Assembly (NCBI GenBank): GCA_036172245.1
Contig: JAYWIR010000041.1
Location: 248,001-312,000, forward strand
Direction: 5' to 3'
DNA from: Raillietiella orientalis
Taxonomy: Eukaryota
Length of the DNA: 64,000 nt
In this document: one piece after another, positions 26,401-39,923 of the stretch
Position numbering within the stretch: position 1 is the stretch's first letter
Layout of the letters: each line of letters starts with the position of its first letter
Notes under the pieces: model-generated
What the model was told of the DNA's origin: nothing
The model's database searches: none
Seen by the model: only the letters and a program-made list of their open reading frames with translations
Program-made: the position numbers and the translations under genes

Positions 26401-29400
26401 TGCAGTTTCTGCATATCCATTCCATCCTGGGCAAGAATTAATAGGACCGTATAAGAGTTTTAAAAATGCTCATTGGATTAGTCGTTCTAAGGAACTGAGA
26501 CACATGAAAGCAACAAAATTGGTGAAAGTAACCGTAGAAGAAGTAAAAGTTGAACAATGTAGAGTTAAATGGTATTCACAAACTTGTACTGATGATCAAG
26601 AGATCCCATCTGTGCAACAACTTCCTTCTACTATGGGATTTGATGATTTCCAAAAGTATGTATTTTGTCCTTTGATCTTGTGTAATCCATATGATCTAGA
26701 GTAAAACTTTTGAACTACTACAAGTATAGTTCGCTGCAGATTGGAGATAAGAATTTTTATGTTATTCGAAGTACTGACAAAATAGTGCCATTAGATCAGT
26801 GGAAAAAAACAGTGAATCTTTCTGCCAATGTTGATTCTTCAACAGCTTCTTTGAAGGAATCAACAAATGAAAAACAAGGTTTCTTCATTTATTTTGTTAA
26901 TCGCTACTTCTCATTAACAGCCAAGTTAAGATCATCTCATCTGATATCAGAGATGGTTTTCAATTTGCATGTGCCACATTAAATAATGTAGGCTCTCTCT
27001 CTTAGAAATATACCACACGGTAAACGAATTTTTAAAAATCGACAATGAGTACACAAACAAAAAGACCAAAGATTCAAAGTCCAAGGTTGATAAAAATTCT
27101 TTACAAGCAAAAACCAAACTTTTGGAATCATTCAGAACTCAAAGTAAGACTGTCTCGCTTCATTACGGAATGAATTATTTGGATAAATTTCAGGAAACAA
27201 GAATAAGGGATCACAATTAACTTCTAAAAAAATTGCTGCAAGAAAAGAATTGCTAAAGTTGAAATCAGAAGCTTCAGTATTACGTGACTATAAAGTAGAT
27301 GAAAAGATTGTAGTAGAAACCTTATTCACCCAGTCAAAAGTGAAAGTCGTTTGGCAGGTATGCCATTGTGCAATTTTAGGGAAAGCTACCCATGCTACAT
27401 TTTATGCATTTAATTAAGCAAACTTTATGGATGCTCACATTAAATAAGTTTGAGATTTAAGTAAAATTAATATCTGAGATTAAAAATAATTGATATCTTA
27501 TCTCTACATGCTATGCATTAATCATATGATTATTGCATAGCATGTAGAGTTTCCAAATTATTAAAATAGCTCAGATTTGTTAGGAATCTTGTGTTGTGTT
27601 CTTGTACTCCAATTCATATCTTAAGCACTACAGCCCTGTGCACTTGTGCATGATAACTTAACGTTTAAGTTATGATAAACCCTTAATGATTTACCTTAAA
27701 GGTGTAAAGACTATCCTTACACCTTAGGTGCATAGTCTTCTATGTAATAGTAATTGAACTTCATATGAACAGTATGAATGTTAGTTACTTTAGAAATTAA
27801 AAACAAGCATCATGGAAAGAATGATGAACTACAGCACAAGAAGTTTATATGAGAAAAAAATATTGTACTAGAATCAAGATTATGATATTTATCAGATTTT
27901 TAATATGCAGAGCATTATAACTGGAATATATTATTGAAAACAATGAGAATATCTCTTGTATATGTTGACAGAAACAGCTGTGAAAACTCTTTTTCTCTTT
28001 ATTCATTATCATTTATTCTAACTTATTGTGTACTAATTCATTGTAGGATGGTACAGTAGAAGAAAATGTAAATTCTGTTGAGTTAATCCCTATTAACCAT
28101 CTTGATGAAAATCAATTTTTCCCTGGAGATTTTGTTGAGGACAGTAGGGAAACTGCCATGAAGCAACAGTATGGAGTAGTTCAAAAAGTGAATCATAAGG
28201 AGAGGACTGCAATAATCTCTTGGTTCAAAGCATATGATGATGAAAAAAATCCTCAGTAAGTATCTGCATGCATTTAATAAATCTCTCTTTACACCCAGTC
28301 TTTTTATATGGACAATTTGTTACTGAGAATGTGCTATGTTATATTACATATAAGATTGTACATCATAGCATTGCATTAAACATTAGCTTTAGGGAAGAAA
28401 CAGTAGCACAGGAAATCTGTTAGGATTATGTGAATTTATTCATTAAATTTCATCTTTAATCATACACACTTTATCAAGCATATAATCTTTTTACTAGGAA
28501 AGAGTATATGCTTGATAAAGTGTATTAGTATATAGATAAAGTAAAACATGCATGATAAAGTTATGTTAACATTTAGGATGACTTGATCATAATGTGATCA
28601 GTAATCAAAGGTAGTGCATTAGTTTGATTTTTCATCCTTTGTTTGCTTGTGAAGCTGTAAAATAAACTGGACTTGGTGCAAGAATATTTTCAGTGCTCTC
28701 TATCTGAAACACATTGTCTGAATGAAATAATTAGCTCTTTTAATGTTTCAAAATTTTATATGCTATTGGAAAATCATGTGTTAAGTTGAGAATTAATTCA
28801 GCAGATATTGGTTTATGTATTTGGTTTTTAGTTGAAAGCAAATGAAGTGTGTATGAACGTTTTCAAGTTTTACTCTATTTTGCATGCACTCTTTGCATAT
28901 ATTCATTATAGAATAATGATCACAAGACTTTGGTGAAATGGACTCATTACAGTGTTTAGCTTTTTTGTTCCCTTGTAAATAAGAGGGTTTTAAATGCATC
29001 TGTGAGAATGATTGATTTTGAACCACAGTGGCAGACTTCTGGAATTAAAATTCTTAGTAAACCTTTGCCATTTTCCTGCTGTTTCATACTTAACTTTTGA
29101 TGTGATGTTGGCTAACGGAAAAATCTAGTGGTAGAATGTCTGTCTAGAAGACATTGAAACAAAAGACCCGTAAAGAAATATGCATTTTTTTTTAAATTTA
29201 TATTGTTACTTTGTTTTGGTTTTCAATTTGTTTTTTAACTGACTTCCTGCTTTAATAATTCAGGCCCCTATTTCTCAAAGAAGAAGAAATGAGCGTTTAT
29301 GATATTAAAGAACATCCTGATATTGCGTTTAGAGCTGGGGAAATTGTCATGAGAATAGGAAATTTTGAATCTTTAGTTCCAAATTTCAATGCAGGTCAAG

Positions 29401-31909
29401 TAATTGATCTTCACCCTTCAGGACAGGTATAGCATTTATTTTATATCATTACCTTATATATATCATTTATTTTAAAAGTAGAAATGAAACACGCCTATGT
29501 TTGTTCTGAATCATATGAATTGAATTATTTTTTTCCTTGTTACACAGATTCAAGTATGGTGGGCTTCTGGTCAGATTTCCTACTGTTATCCTCAAGATCT
29601 TTATAAAGTAGGTGAATATGAATCTGATAAAGGTGAATTATGGGATTATAGTGACACCACCAACAGTTCATACATCACTGAATCCATTTGTTCAGTTGCA
29701 GGTATTCAAAGGTATTCAAGTATATCATTCTGTTGAGTAAAATTAATGAATTAACAATGGAGTCACAAAGATCGTGATTATGACATTTGAAAGTTATTTT
29801 GTTTTAGCACAGTTGATGAGAATATGGTGCTTAAGGCTGTAGTACCAGTATTCCAAAATATTGAGTTCAATCTTGCTGATCTGGAATCAAATTTCAGAAT
29901 TATTCACGAACACTTGTTTTTGTATGTGAAAAAAATAATAGATGTAGTGAAGCAATGCAGGTAGGAATACTGGTTATTCTCTAATTTTGAAAGAACTACT
30001 GATTCAGCAACTCTTGCGTATTCAAATTTTGCAAAGCCTGTGTTCCAAATGCCCTTTTTAACTGTCGCTTCTCTGATAAAAATTAAAGAAGCTTGCATTT
30101 ACTTCGTACGTGTACATATAATCACAACTCCTAAATCACAATGGAACTATATTTTATTCTGAAAATGCTAATCGTTTTCTTCTGCAACTTTGTTTTGTAC
30201 TATTGCTAGAATTATTACTACTAGATTATTATTATTATTACACTAGCAATTATTACTAGAAATTACGCTTTAGTATTTGTATCAAATTAGTATCAAAATT
30301 GACTGCTCAAAAATTTTCAGGAACATAAGTGATCTCCTAGGCATTGCTTCTTTTGATGATGGCCAGTTTGAAGGATTTGCAGAGCATGTTAAGAAAGGAA
30401 GTAAAAATACTCATCGGCTTCTATGGCATTTACTTCAGTTCTTGAATAAAGAAGGAAGTTCCCTAAATCCTATAGTTCACAGTAGTCCAAATGTGAACAG
30501 TAATTCATTGAAGACAACACAAAAAGCAGACAATACATCTGTGGAAAGTGATCAAAATGATTACAAGCAAGATAGCAAAGGGAATGAAATTGATTTATTA
30601 CGAAAAGTGTTTGCTTCACTGAAAACATATGTTCAAACCATTGAGATTGCTATAATGAAAAGATTTTGCAACGATCCTGACTTTTCAAAAGTTTTCAATA
30701 CAACTTCTAGGGAAAGTCGACCAGCTGAAATCTCAAAAGAAATAACCTACCTTGAAAATGTAGGTGTTCAAGATTTAGATAATGATCCTGTACTGATTCA
30801 GAGTAAGTATTCTTAGATGAATGACGGCAAACTAACGTATTTTAGCTTTTCAAATTATTGATTCTATGCCTGAATCTCACAAATTTAAAATGCAGCCACA
30901 CTCCACTTGTACAAAGGGATTCAGAAATGCTGTTAAGAGGGAGATTGAATTGCTTAAGACGTCTCTGCCTAATGGAATCATTGTAAAAGCTTGTGAAGAT
31001 CGTATGGTATGCAGTATTTGTATTATTTTGTGGTTATTTGTTTTCTTTCTTTCTTTCCAAGGATCTTTATTCTGCCATGATTATTGGACCATCGAAAACT
31101 CCTTATGAGGATGGGTTATTCTTTTTTGATTTTCATTTTCCTGAAGGTTATCCCCAAACTCCACCACATTGTCATTACTGGAGTTATTGTTCAGATCGTC
31201 TTAATCCAAATCTTTACACTCAAGGAACAGTTTGTTTGAGTTTGTTAGGTACATGGGATGGAAGGGGATCAGAAATGTGGACCGAAAATTCCAGTCTCCT
31301 TCAGTTACTGATATCAATACAAGGTATGCATCAATGTTTTTGATAAATAATTTGAACATTCAAGGCCATCAAATGTTGTGTAGGACTTATTCTGTGCAGT
31401 GAGCCGTATTTTAACGAACCTGGTCTAACAAAATTCAAAAGTCATCAGTTGCAACAAGAAAATTCCCGTATCTATAATGAGATGGTTGTGGTGAGATTGG
31501 CACAAGCAATGGCTGCTATTGCATTGAATCCACCAGAAGTTTTCAAAGAGGAAGTGAGAAAACATTTAGCTGCCTATGCAAACCGGTATGAAACTCATTT
31601 TGTACAGATAAGCTGGTTAACAGATCTGCAATCCACATTTTACTATCAGGTTTTTGAAGAGAGCACAGTCATATATAGAATTATCTGCAAGATTTGCAAA
31701 TGAGATTGAGTCTGAAATGAATGATGGTAAGTGCCTAGCAAATCTTAATGAAAACTGAAATATGAAAATTAGAGTTAGAAACTCCTGATTTTCCTCTTCT
31801 TCCTGGATCTAAAGGGTTTTGTTTGAGTTTAGAAAAGAGTCTTTCGGAGTTTAAGAAAATTCTTTATGAAAAAGAAGCTGCATGCAGCAAGAATTGTGAT
31901 ATAAATTAA
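23457..31909 (+). CDS. UBE2O: E2/E3 hybrid ubiquitin-conjugating enzyme UBE2O, multi-exon
   Basis: [55 protein letters not shown] domain [35 protein letters not shown] (catalytic Cys), C-terminal [16 protein letters not shown]; stop 31907-31909. Confidence 0.96.
25393..25438. repeat. Short near-perfect inverted repeat in UBE2O intron
   Basis: attccagcatgttacatg ... catgcaacatgctggaat. Confidence 0.8.
27502..27549. repeat. Near-perfect palindrome in UBE2O intron
   Basis: ctctacatgctatgcattaatcat|atgattattgcatagcatgtagag. Confidence 0.85.
28466..28523. repeat. Inverted repeat (19-bp perfect arms) in UBE2O intron
   Basis: acactttatcaagcatata ... tatatgcttgataaagtgt. Confidence 0.85.
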
Positions 31910-34793
31910 AATAGATGTTTATTATTCAGATTATATTGAGAGAATAATATATAAAATTTGGAAAACCATAATAATACTGCACAGTTATTCAATTTGAACT
32001 TTGTGAAAGATCAACACAACACAATAGAAGACATGTATTTCAGTAGATTCTTCCTATTGGCCTGGGGCTTCCTATTAGCCATGGTGAACATTTCTCCTTC
32101 TCCAGGGAAAACCTCAAGTAACAAATTTCCTCAGGTTTTTTTGTGGCAAAAATACAAGTCATACATTATAAGATCTAATGGTGCTTAGCTGAACAATTTT
32201 TTCTTTCATGGGAAAATCCACAAATTGTAAAACTGTAGCACCTGGTATTGATTGTAGTGGTAAAATGTTAATGGAACTCAATTATACCTTCTTTATGGAA
32301 GCAATCTAAATGCAATCAAATAAAGTAGCATAGGCAGAGGGATATTCCAGCTTACTGTAAATTCACATGAAATTACCGTAACAAAGTGATAAAATATGAA
32401 TTTGCCCTTACATTACTATCAGGCAAGAAAATGGTTTGCTTCTGTATTGCCCCTCAATTTCATTTTTTTACAATGTTTACTCATTCATTGCACCTTAATC
32501 ACGAATGTGCAACTTTTAATTTACATCTGCTTAATCAATATTCTGGGTTTCTGCTTTTCTTTCCGATATGCATTTTCAGGACTCAAAAAAAGCTTATTAT
32601 GCTATAATCACTTCTATGGCATAGACATCACTACATATCACAGATTTGTGTTTGTTTTCACCCGGTCACGCCGGAGCGTTTGTTGTAAAAAAAATGTTTC
32701 CAGAAAAAAAGTAATATGAAAAAGAAATAACTGAGTAGGTTATTTCGTATTATTTCGTATTGACTTCACATCACTACGTACGGAAGTTCCTCGAAAACTC
32801 TACTTCTCGTGAGCAGCTTTCCAATGAGGTTCTCACTTGAGGAGTAGGTGGAGGAGCAAACAAAAACAAAGAAAAACACAAAAGTTCACTTTAAAATGCT
32901 TGGAGGGGAAGCAAAGGATCACAGATTTCTTCGCATCCTCAGCATCCTCTGGAGGATGTTGGCAGCTTTCTCCTTTTGTTGGCAGGGATGTGGCCATCTT
33001 GGTCGCTTTTCTCATGAAGAAACAGGCAATTGCGATGGCCTCAGCATCCGACTGGTCTCTTTTGGCGCGGTCCCTTTTCCGTCACGATCCCGCGAAGGCA
33101 GCACAGAGCTGCAAGGGAATCTGCAGGAGACATCGAGTCGCGCATGAAGAGACTCTGCGGAACCTCTCTGCCGTTGTCCATCGGGAGTGGGAGGGCCGCA
33201 GAGAAGCGTTCCCAGACGCTCAGGAGGGCAACGCAATCCAACAACAGGTGCGGGAAGGTTTGCCGTTGCCCACACCTGGCACAGTCTGGGGTCGCACTCC
33301 CTCTTGCCCAGAGGTGGACTCGTGCGTTTCAAGAGGTCGCCCCGTGCGACAGCTGCAATGCCGAGTCCTGTTACTTCGGGGGAAGCGTGGAGCTGTCCGC
33401 AAACACTGGGGGTATTTCTGCCTCTTTGGGAGGAATGTCCAGGAGTTCCGTCCAGCGGCGAATTCCCGAATTTGAGGAGGGCGGCAGGGGTACATGAGTC
33501 CGCCAGTTGATGCACCGTCTAGCATCCCAGCTGCTTCTTTTTTCCCATAATCTCGCAGAATACTTCCCATCTCGCAAGGCCATCACCGCGTCCACCTTGG
33601 ATTGTGTGCAGCGTGGCTGCAAATGGGGTGTCACGCACCCAGGTGGTCTTCCGTGGGTAGTCCATGATTTCCTGGAACCAGCAGCGGGCGTAGCTCGAGA
33701 ATCGCAGGCATTGCGATGGCTCCGGGCTCGTGCCGTTTTTTTTCTCCCACTCCTGAGCCGTTTCCTGTTTCCCAGGCACTGCAGTTGGTGGGGCGGCAGG
33801 TAATCCACTTGTTCTTCTGGACCAAGACAACCATTTGCCGGAGTTGGCACCCTCATCGGGGCCACTCTCGGTGGCGATCCCTTTGTAAAAGTCCCTCGGC
33901 GCCGGCTGCTCGCTTGGCCAAGAGTCTGGCTGGAACGCACCAATGGATGGTCCAGAACTTTGCCGCTAGGGCTAATCTTCTACGCTGGAGTTGACGCTCC
34001 ATCTTCCCCAGCGTCAGGATGCCGAGTCGGGCGTCCTGACGCGGCGCTCACAAGTCCTTTAAGTGGACCAGGAACTCTGCGTTCCCCCGAAGGCTTTTCG
34101 CAGAATCTCCTGGTCCGTTTTTCTACATCCTCGAGAGGAAAGCAAACAAAAAGCAGGGGTCGGAGTAGGGGAGCCACGAACGTGTTTCACAGGACAGCCC
34201 ATTTCGGCAAGAGAAAATTGCCATTTGGGAAGAAGCTCAGCGCCTATTCTGCCTTCTGGAGGCAATCGGACCAGGCTTCTGCTGTGCAGAAGTTCCCCAA
34301 CCGGACTCCCAGATACTTAAAGCACCTGATCGCGGAGATTCACAAGTGGACCCAGTCCGGTTGCTCTGCCCACACCGCACCAGCGGGAGGCACAGTCGAC
34401 TTTGCCCTGTTTATACGCATGCCAGCTTTCCAGCGGATCAGCTCGAGGAATTCTTCGAGCGATATTGTTGGCACTGACATGGGTAACAGGAGCAGATCAT
34501 GGGCTTAGACCGACGACATGAGTGGCGGGGCTTGGGCTGGGAAGGGCACCAAGAGTTGTCCCGTACGCTCTTAGCATCAAGTAGATGCTGAAGAGCAACG
34601 GGCTTAGGATGTTTCCTTGCCGAATTCCTCTCCTCAATCGTGTGGCATACACGTGTCGGCTGCCAAAAAAAAAATATTAATCATCGCATTTCTGCAGCAG
34701 GAGCGCAGGTAGGCTAGGAGGGCATCTGAGAATCCCATGCGTTCCAGAAGTTCGAAAAGGAGCTCCCGGTTGACTCAGTCGGATGCCTTTCGC

Positions 34794-34956
34794 TTCCCCC
34801 TCCCCCTGCTGCCGTGGTGGACCGTACCGGTCTGCGAACCGGTGACCCGGAAGGCTCTGTGTTTCTTCGTGAGTGGCTGGAGCACTGGTCCAGCCACAGT
34901 ACGTCTTTGTAAAAGTTTATTTTTTAATAAAGACCCCGGCGAAACCCAGGTGAAAA
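34794..34956 (+). mobile_element. Nested ~163-bp 5'-truncated retroposon end with 15-bp TSD
   Basis: TSD tcggatgcctttcgc at 34779-34793 and 34957-34971 duplicates the host RKASD codons; insert ends aataaagaccccggcgaaacccaggtgaaaa. Confidence 0.88.
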
Positions 34957-36165
34957 TCGGATGCCTTTCGCAAATCCACTGCGACCGCAAGGGCTCCCGG
35001 CACCTCCGACTTAACATGGCCTCCAGATTCCTGGATATCTCGGAATTCAGGATCCTTTTGGATGACTGGCGCAACCCTTTGTTACACTGAAGCCAGGAAC
35101 TGACCAGGAGCAGATCGGTTTCCACGCTTCGTCCGGGAACAGTGCACGTCTGCTCTGGGCTGATGAACGTTTCCGCCAACTTTATAGCTTCGCGAGCAGC
35201 TTGGTGTCTGTGTTGATTACGGTAATTGGACGGCAGTTGCTTATGTTGCGTAGGTCTCTTCCCTTCGGCAGGAGACGTACTTTTGCTGATCGGAAGGAGG
35301 AGCGCCCCTCGCCTGCCTCCCGAATCAGCGTGCATATCCATGGCACCAGTGGAATCAGCTCTGCCGCGAAACACTGGTAAAATTCAGCCGGCAGGCCGTC
35401 TGCCTCTAGTGCTTTCCTCCTCTTGAGCTTGCGGATGGCGATGATCTTCCGTCGCAAACGGTTCCCTCAAGAGAAGTTCGCTACTCCTCCTCGATCACGG
35501 GAACTCCTTCATGCAGCAACCGCTTCCCAAGGTCGCGTTCCGGTGGTGCTCTCGCGTGCAGGGAGGAGTAAAATTGGCGCACGATGCGTCGTATTTTTGT
35601 CGGGGACGTTCAATAAGCTAGTCTTCGTGGACTGCCAGGCTTATCGTTTGGCCCTGGATTTCATCTCTACCAGACGACGAACGTCTGTCCCTTACTGCAA
35701 GCACCTAGCTTGGAGATACGCGCACTCGTTGTTCATTCCCCTCACCAAACCCGTCAGGGAGGCAGTCTACAGGGAAGCTCATGAAAAACTCTCGAACCGA
35801 GCGCTTCAGCTCGTCGCAATCTTCGAGTTGCTGCACGTTTGCATCTCGCAGGAAGTTGCGGAAGTGTCCCGCAGCCTCCGGGAGATGGAGTCAATATCTT
35901 GGTAGGCGCCACGCGTTGGAAGGGAGATCTTTCCCTCGTAGGATTACTTCCAGCTTAATTTGTTCCTGGTCCGACAACGTTATTCGCGCCTTTCCACGAT
36001 AACCTACCTGTGAGCGCAAGTAGTCGTCAAGAAAGACACGATCGATTCTGTCCTCCACGCCGGTGACTCCAGTCAACAAGTCGCACGTGTGCATTGCTGC
36101 GCACACCTCGCTAACCGGGTTGAGCTCGCCTCTAGTCTTTCCTGAAAGCAGGGGGATGTTGAAAT

Positions 36166-36263
36166 TCTTCATCTGGTCACGCCGGGGGGCTCATTTCATA
36201 AAAATAAACCAGTTGGAAACGCAGTTCCCGACCGAAGACTAAAGAAGTTCAAGGGGAGGAGGA
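36166..36263 (-). mobile_element. Nested ~98-bp retroposon end with 11-bp TSD
   Basis: TSD gatgttgaaat at 36155-36165 and 36264-36274; minus strand ends gaaatgagccccccggcgtgaccagatgaaga. Confidence 0.85.
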
Positions 36264-36799
36264 GATGTTGAAATCTCTTGCCATGAGGTGGACTCTCCAC
36301 CAGACATTTACCAAACATCGCTTCAGGGCTTCGAAGAATCTGGTCCGCTGTTGGAGTCGCTTGGTGGGTATATGTTCGTCACGACGGGGTCAATCGATTC
36401 GGACCACTTAAGAACAAGTTGTCTTACTCTTTCTGCTGTTGCTTTCAGCAGAAAGACGACCCCGCACGAGTGTTTCGAGCTGCTACGCCAATGAAGCTTG
36501 TCGCCCGCGATCGCTTCAATTTCCTGGATTCCTTCCGCAAAGATCTTGTGATCTCTTGCAGAAGCACCAGGTCGAACAGTCGCTAGGAGGTGGCTGCGTC
36601 CCGTCTCCTGCCGTCGTTACGCAGCCCGTTGATATTCCAACAGGCTACACGTAGTCGCCGGCAGGAGCCGAGTGCACGCGTTGCTGCTGGCATGTCGGTT
36701 CTGCGGTTCCAACCTGTTGCTCAGACGAGACGGTCGTCAGTGATGGGGGAGATAGAAGGATGACCTCTCCCTTCTGCTCCTCCTCCTTTACCTTTGTTC

Positions 36800-37650
36800 T
36801 TCCAGAGCGATTTATGTTTATACGACTTCAAAAGTTCCTATGCTCGTTCAAGAAACATACAATAAACACTAATGAACTCCTTGTGACATAACTTCACATG
36901 ATGGGAAATTGATTTAGCTGAAACGGATTGACAGTAAAAACAAGTCTTTGTAATTTGCTATTTCATCTGGAATTCAATGTACCAACATAGAAACCACCAA
37001 AAATCACTTACGATGGTGGGCGTGTACCAATAGAAGCTACAAGGAAAGCAATAAGAGTATCTTGACAGATTATTAACCTGTCTCACAGGAAAAAAATTAA
37101 AAGCTAACACGGACAAACACAAACAATGCGAAATTTTGCAATGAAAGACATCCAAACCAAGTTGACATCTTTCCTCTTCCACAAATGATACCACAAAACG
37201 ATTTCGATTATTCATTAGTCTTTAATGATAAGCATTCTACGTCACTACAGTGTGCCTTATTTCGTACCTTTCCCTGGTGCATTGGCTTATTTGACAGTTA
37301 CCTGATTTGGGAGCCACCGTATTGCTCCTGACGATGCACTGCAATCCAGACCTTTCAAACCGGGACTCGAAATTGGAAGATTTTCTCGAATCTCCAGATG
37401 CTTGAATGAGCTCTCCTGGCCCTGTAACTTCATCGTGCAACTATGAACTACTCGAAATCTCATGAACCTGTAATTCTCAAGTCTCACTTCTTGAAGATAA
37501 GAATGTTTGGAACTTTTCTGACGGCTCATTGTATACACAACTTTCCAACCGCATCCAGGAAAGGAAGGGAACTATGTTGTAAGCACCCACGAACCCCGGA
37601 ATTTATTCTGATCTGCATTTGGGGAGCAATGGGGTGTGGCTACTCTGGAA
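36800..37650 (-). mobile_element. Degenerate LINE APE fragment
   Basis: YLQEVRL, SNTVAPK (NVYAP), LGLDVF, LSRYSY, WWFL on minus strand in order. Confidence 0.55.
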
Positions 37651-38299
37651 ACGCCCCGTAACAACGTCATCCACAAAACATGTACGCTAGTTTTAATTTT
37701 CGTTTGACTTAAAAAGGATGCACACAAATACAACATCAACGTAAATGTTTTTCTTTTCTACGTCGCTTGATAAACTGGGCTGAATTTTTTTTTTTTTTTT
37801 TTTCCCTTGATAGCAATCAAAATTTATGGTTTTGGATCAAATCACAGAGCTCCCTTATCTTTCATTCGATACGGCAATTCTATATGGCTTTTCCTGTGTA
37901 ACGCAAGAGCTGCTGCCGCCTGTGGCATCTTTGACCACATCGAGAGATGAGGGCTGTACCTGGTCACACGATAGTACCATACGCAACCACATAGTGAATT
38001 TCGGATGCGTCTACACGGGTATGGTATACGTATTCTGATGACTTACCGTGGTCACTAACGTAGTTCATAATAAGGACATGAAGGGATGAGGACGCGAAGA
38101 GTCCATAAGATACACAGATCTTCACGGGACGCCTTACGATTCATTACTCAAAAAGATCACCGGGATAAAAATGTGCCCTCACCTCGGGTATTCTAGAGCG
38201 AAAAAGAAAATTCAGAAGAAGGGGTAAAATAATCACATTTTTGCAATCCAAGTAAAAGTTCTTTCAAGTTATAGCACTTCTCTCTAATGCAGGAACTTA

Positions 38300-39570
38300 G
38301 AGATACCCTTAAAAAATTTCGTTCCTTTAGATTTGTTCTTTCGATCGTCTTCTGTCTTCAAAACTTATCCGTCGGAACACATGCTGGAACCACAATAAAA
38401 AGAAACAAGGGAATAAACTTTTCCGTATCCACACCATACAAAATAGCAGAATTCTTCCACATGGGAGAGTTTTCACTGCCTGCTGGACTTGTAGCAGGCA
38501 TCTAGCAAATAGAATTATAGGGGGAAAGGCTATGTTTAAAATTATTGCTTCCGGAAGAACCTTTTTCTCGGTATATTCCTCAGAAAGAGGTAGGAATAAT
38601 CTAAAAGTAAACCTTTTATTTTTATCTTTACGCCTAAACTTTGGAATTCCGGTTCAAGTCTCGGGATGGTAATGTTCTCTTTGAGATTTGCCATCTTCAA
38701 GGCTATTTAAGGCTTACTTTTGTTGGTTCAGGTCCATTCTCAACCCTACGTCTCAGTGAAAAAGTGTCCCTTCTGAAAAGAGCGAGTCAGGTGAGTGCTA
38801 AAGGAAACAGACGGCTAAGAAGATGGTAGATTGATTTGGTTGAATGAACTGATCCAATGAAACAAATACATCCTCGACGGATTAGAGGAAGCAAAATCAC
38901 TCATCGACAGAAGGAAGCAGATAAGTTTAAGCAAAGTAGAATGAATGAATTTTGTCCAGAAGCAAATAAAGAAACTCTCTGGAGACATTTTGGATCAGTG
39001 TTCATATTCAGTGTTTGTTGAACCATCAGTAATGAATTTTTGCAAGCTCTGTTTGCTGAAGGACTTCAATGATTTCTGAAAAACCTCCTCACAACTGCAA
39101 CTAGATTCCTGCAGAAAACCTGCCTTTTCAGATTCTTGAGTATGCATCTTTATGTAAATTTTCGGATCAGGAATCTTTTTGCAATTTCACCTTTTGATTC
39201 TCTCAGGTAGTTTTTTGTAAACTTAGCAAGACAGTAATGCCATTCCCTCAGGGCAATTTTAATCTGGAGGGAAGGGAGCATGTTGCAAATATGGAAATGG
39301 TAGCATTTCCGACCTTGCGGCTGCTGTCGCTGAAACTGATTATTAGAAAGAAGAGGAACCATAATAGATGGAACTGATCAGCTGCTCTGTAGCTTTCACG
39401 ATAGTACACTCTTTGAGGTTTTCAAAGTATTCCGAAACGTTGCAGAAATCACAGTTTTGGAACCAAATCTGAAATCTGGGGGTAACCAGGCAATCCAGAC
39501 ACCACCGGCGGATGATGACTTGAAAAGATTGAGACGACTAGAAAAAAGGTCAAAACAAGCCAAGTAACTA
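38300..39570 (+). mobile_element. Degenerate LINE RT fragment
   Basis: HLQGY (PQG), *IDLV (YADD-like), ISLSK, RHFGSVF (KYLG), AILIW, GGKG in order on +. Confidence 0.5.
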
Positions 39571-39923
39571 CGTAAGGAGCATATGGACAACGGATAGACA
39601 CACCTCCGGTCGAATGCAGGTAACTGTGACCAGGGGAAGAGAAAGAAGGAAAAAAACAAGATGACCGTAGAAGAATTCACAATGAACCTGAACACGAGGT
39701 GCAAAGTCACCTCCATCACAGGGAAGTACTTCTTTTGGGAAAGCGCTCGGGTCAGGGCAAGGCCATGACTGATACCGCGAGCCAATCCACTTCCTATTCG
39801 GTAGAGAGAATCGGAAGTTCTCTGACAATCGATTCGCTCCCTCAGCAAAACGTAACGCTCTTCCAGCACGGAAAACAACTACCAGGCATGGCTCAGAGGA
39901 CACGTGCACGAGATCTGTTGCTG

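Larger units (their letters stand above)
32655..36790 (-). mobile_element. Near-complete ORF2 plus 3' UTR of an L1/Tx1-like LINE (frameshifted)
   Basis: LRVACWNINGLR, LLQEI, NIYPPSD, DFNI, RIDRVFL (APE); KALEADGLPAEFY, LLPKGRDLRNISNCRPITVINTDTKLLAK, DLRKASD, RRGIRQGNILSPLLFSIYL, AHDLLL (RT); 3' terminal stem-loop motif at 32655-32684. Confidence 0.95.

Noticed and set aside
32837..35905. Numerous 100-210 aa ORFs in the ORF track
   Set aside because: Antisense or off-frame products of GC-rich LINE sequence; no independent protein signature.
38800..39570. Bornavirus-like nucleoprotein motif (PFLRAI, FPDLAAA)
   Set aside because: Requires frameshifts; the region fits the LINE RT thumb region better.
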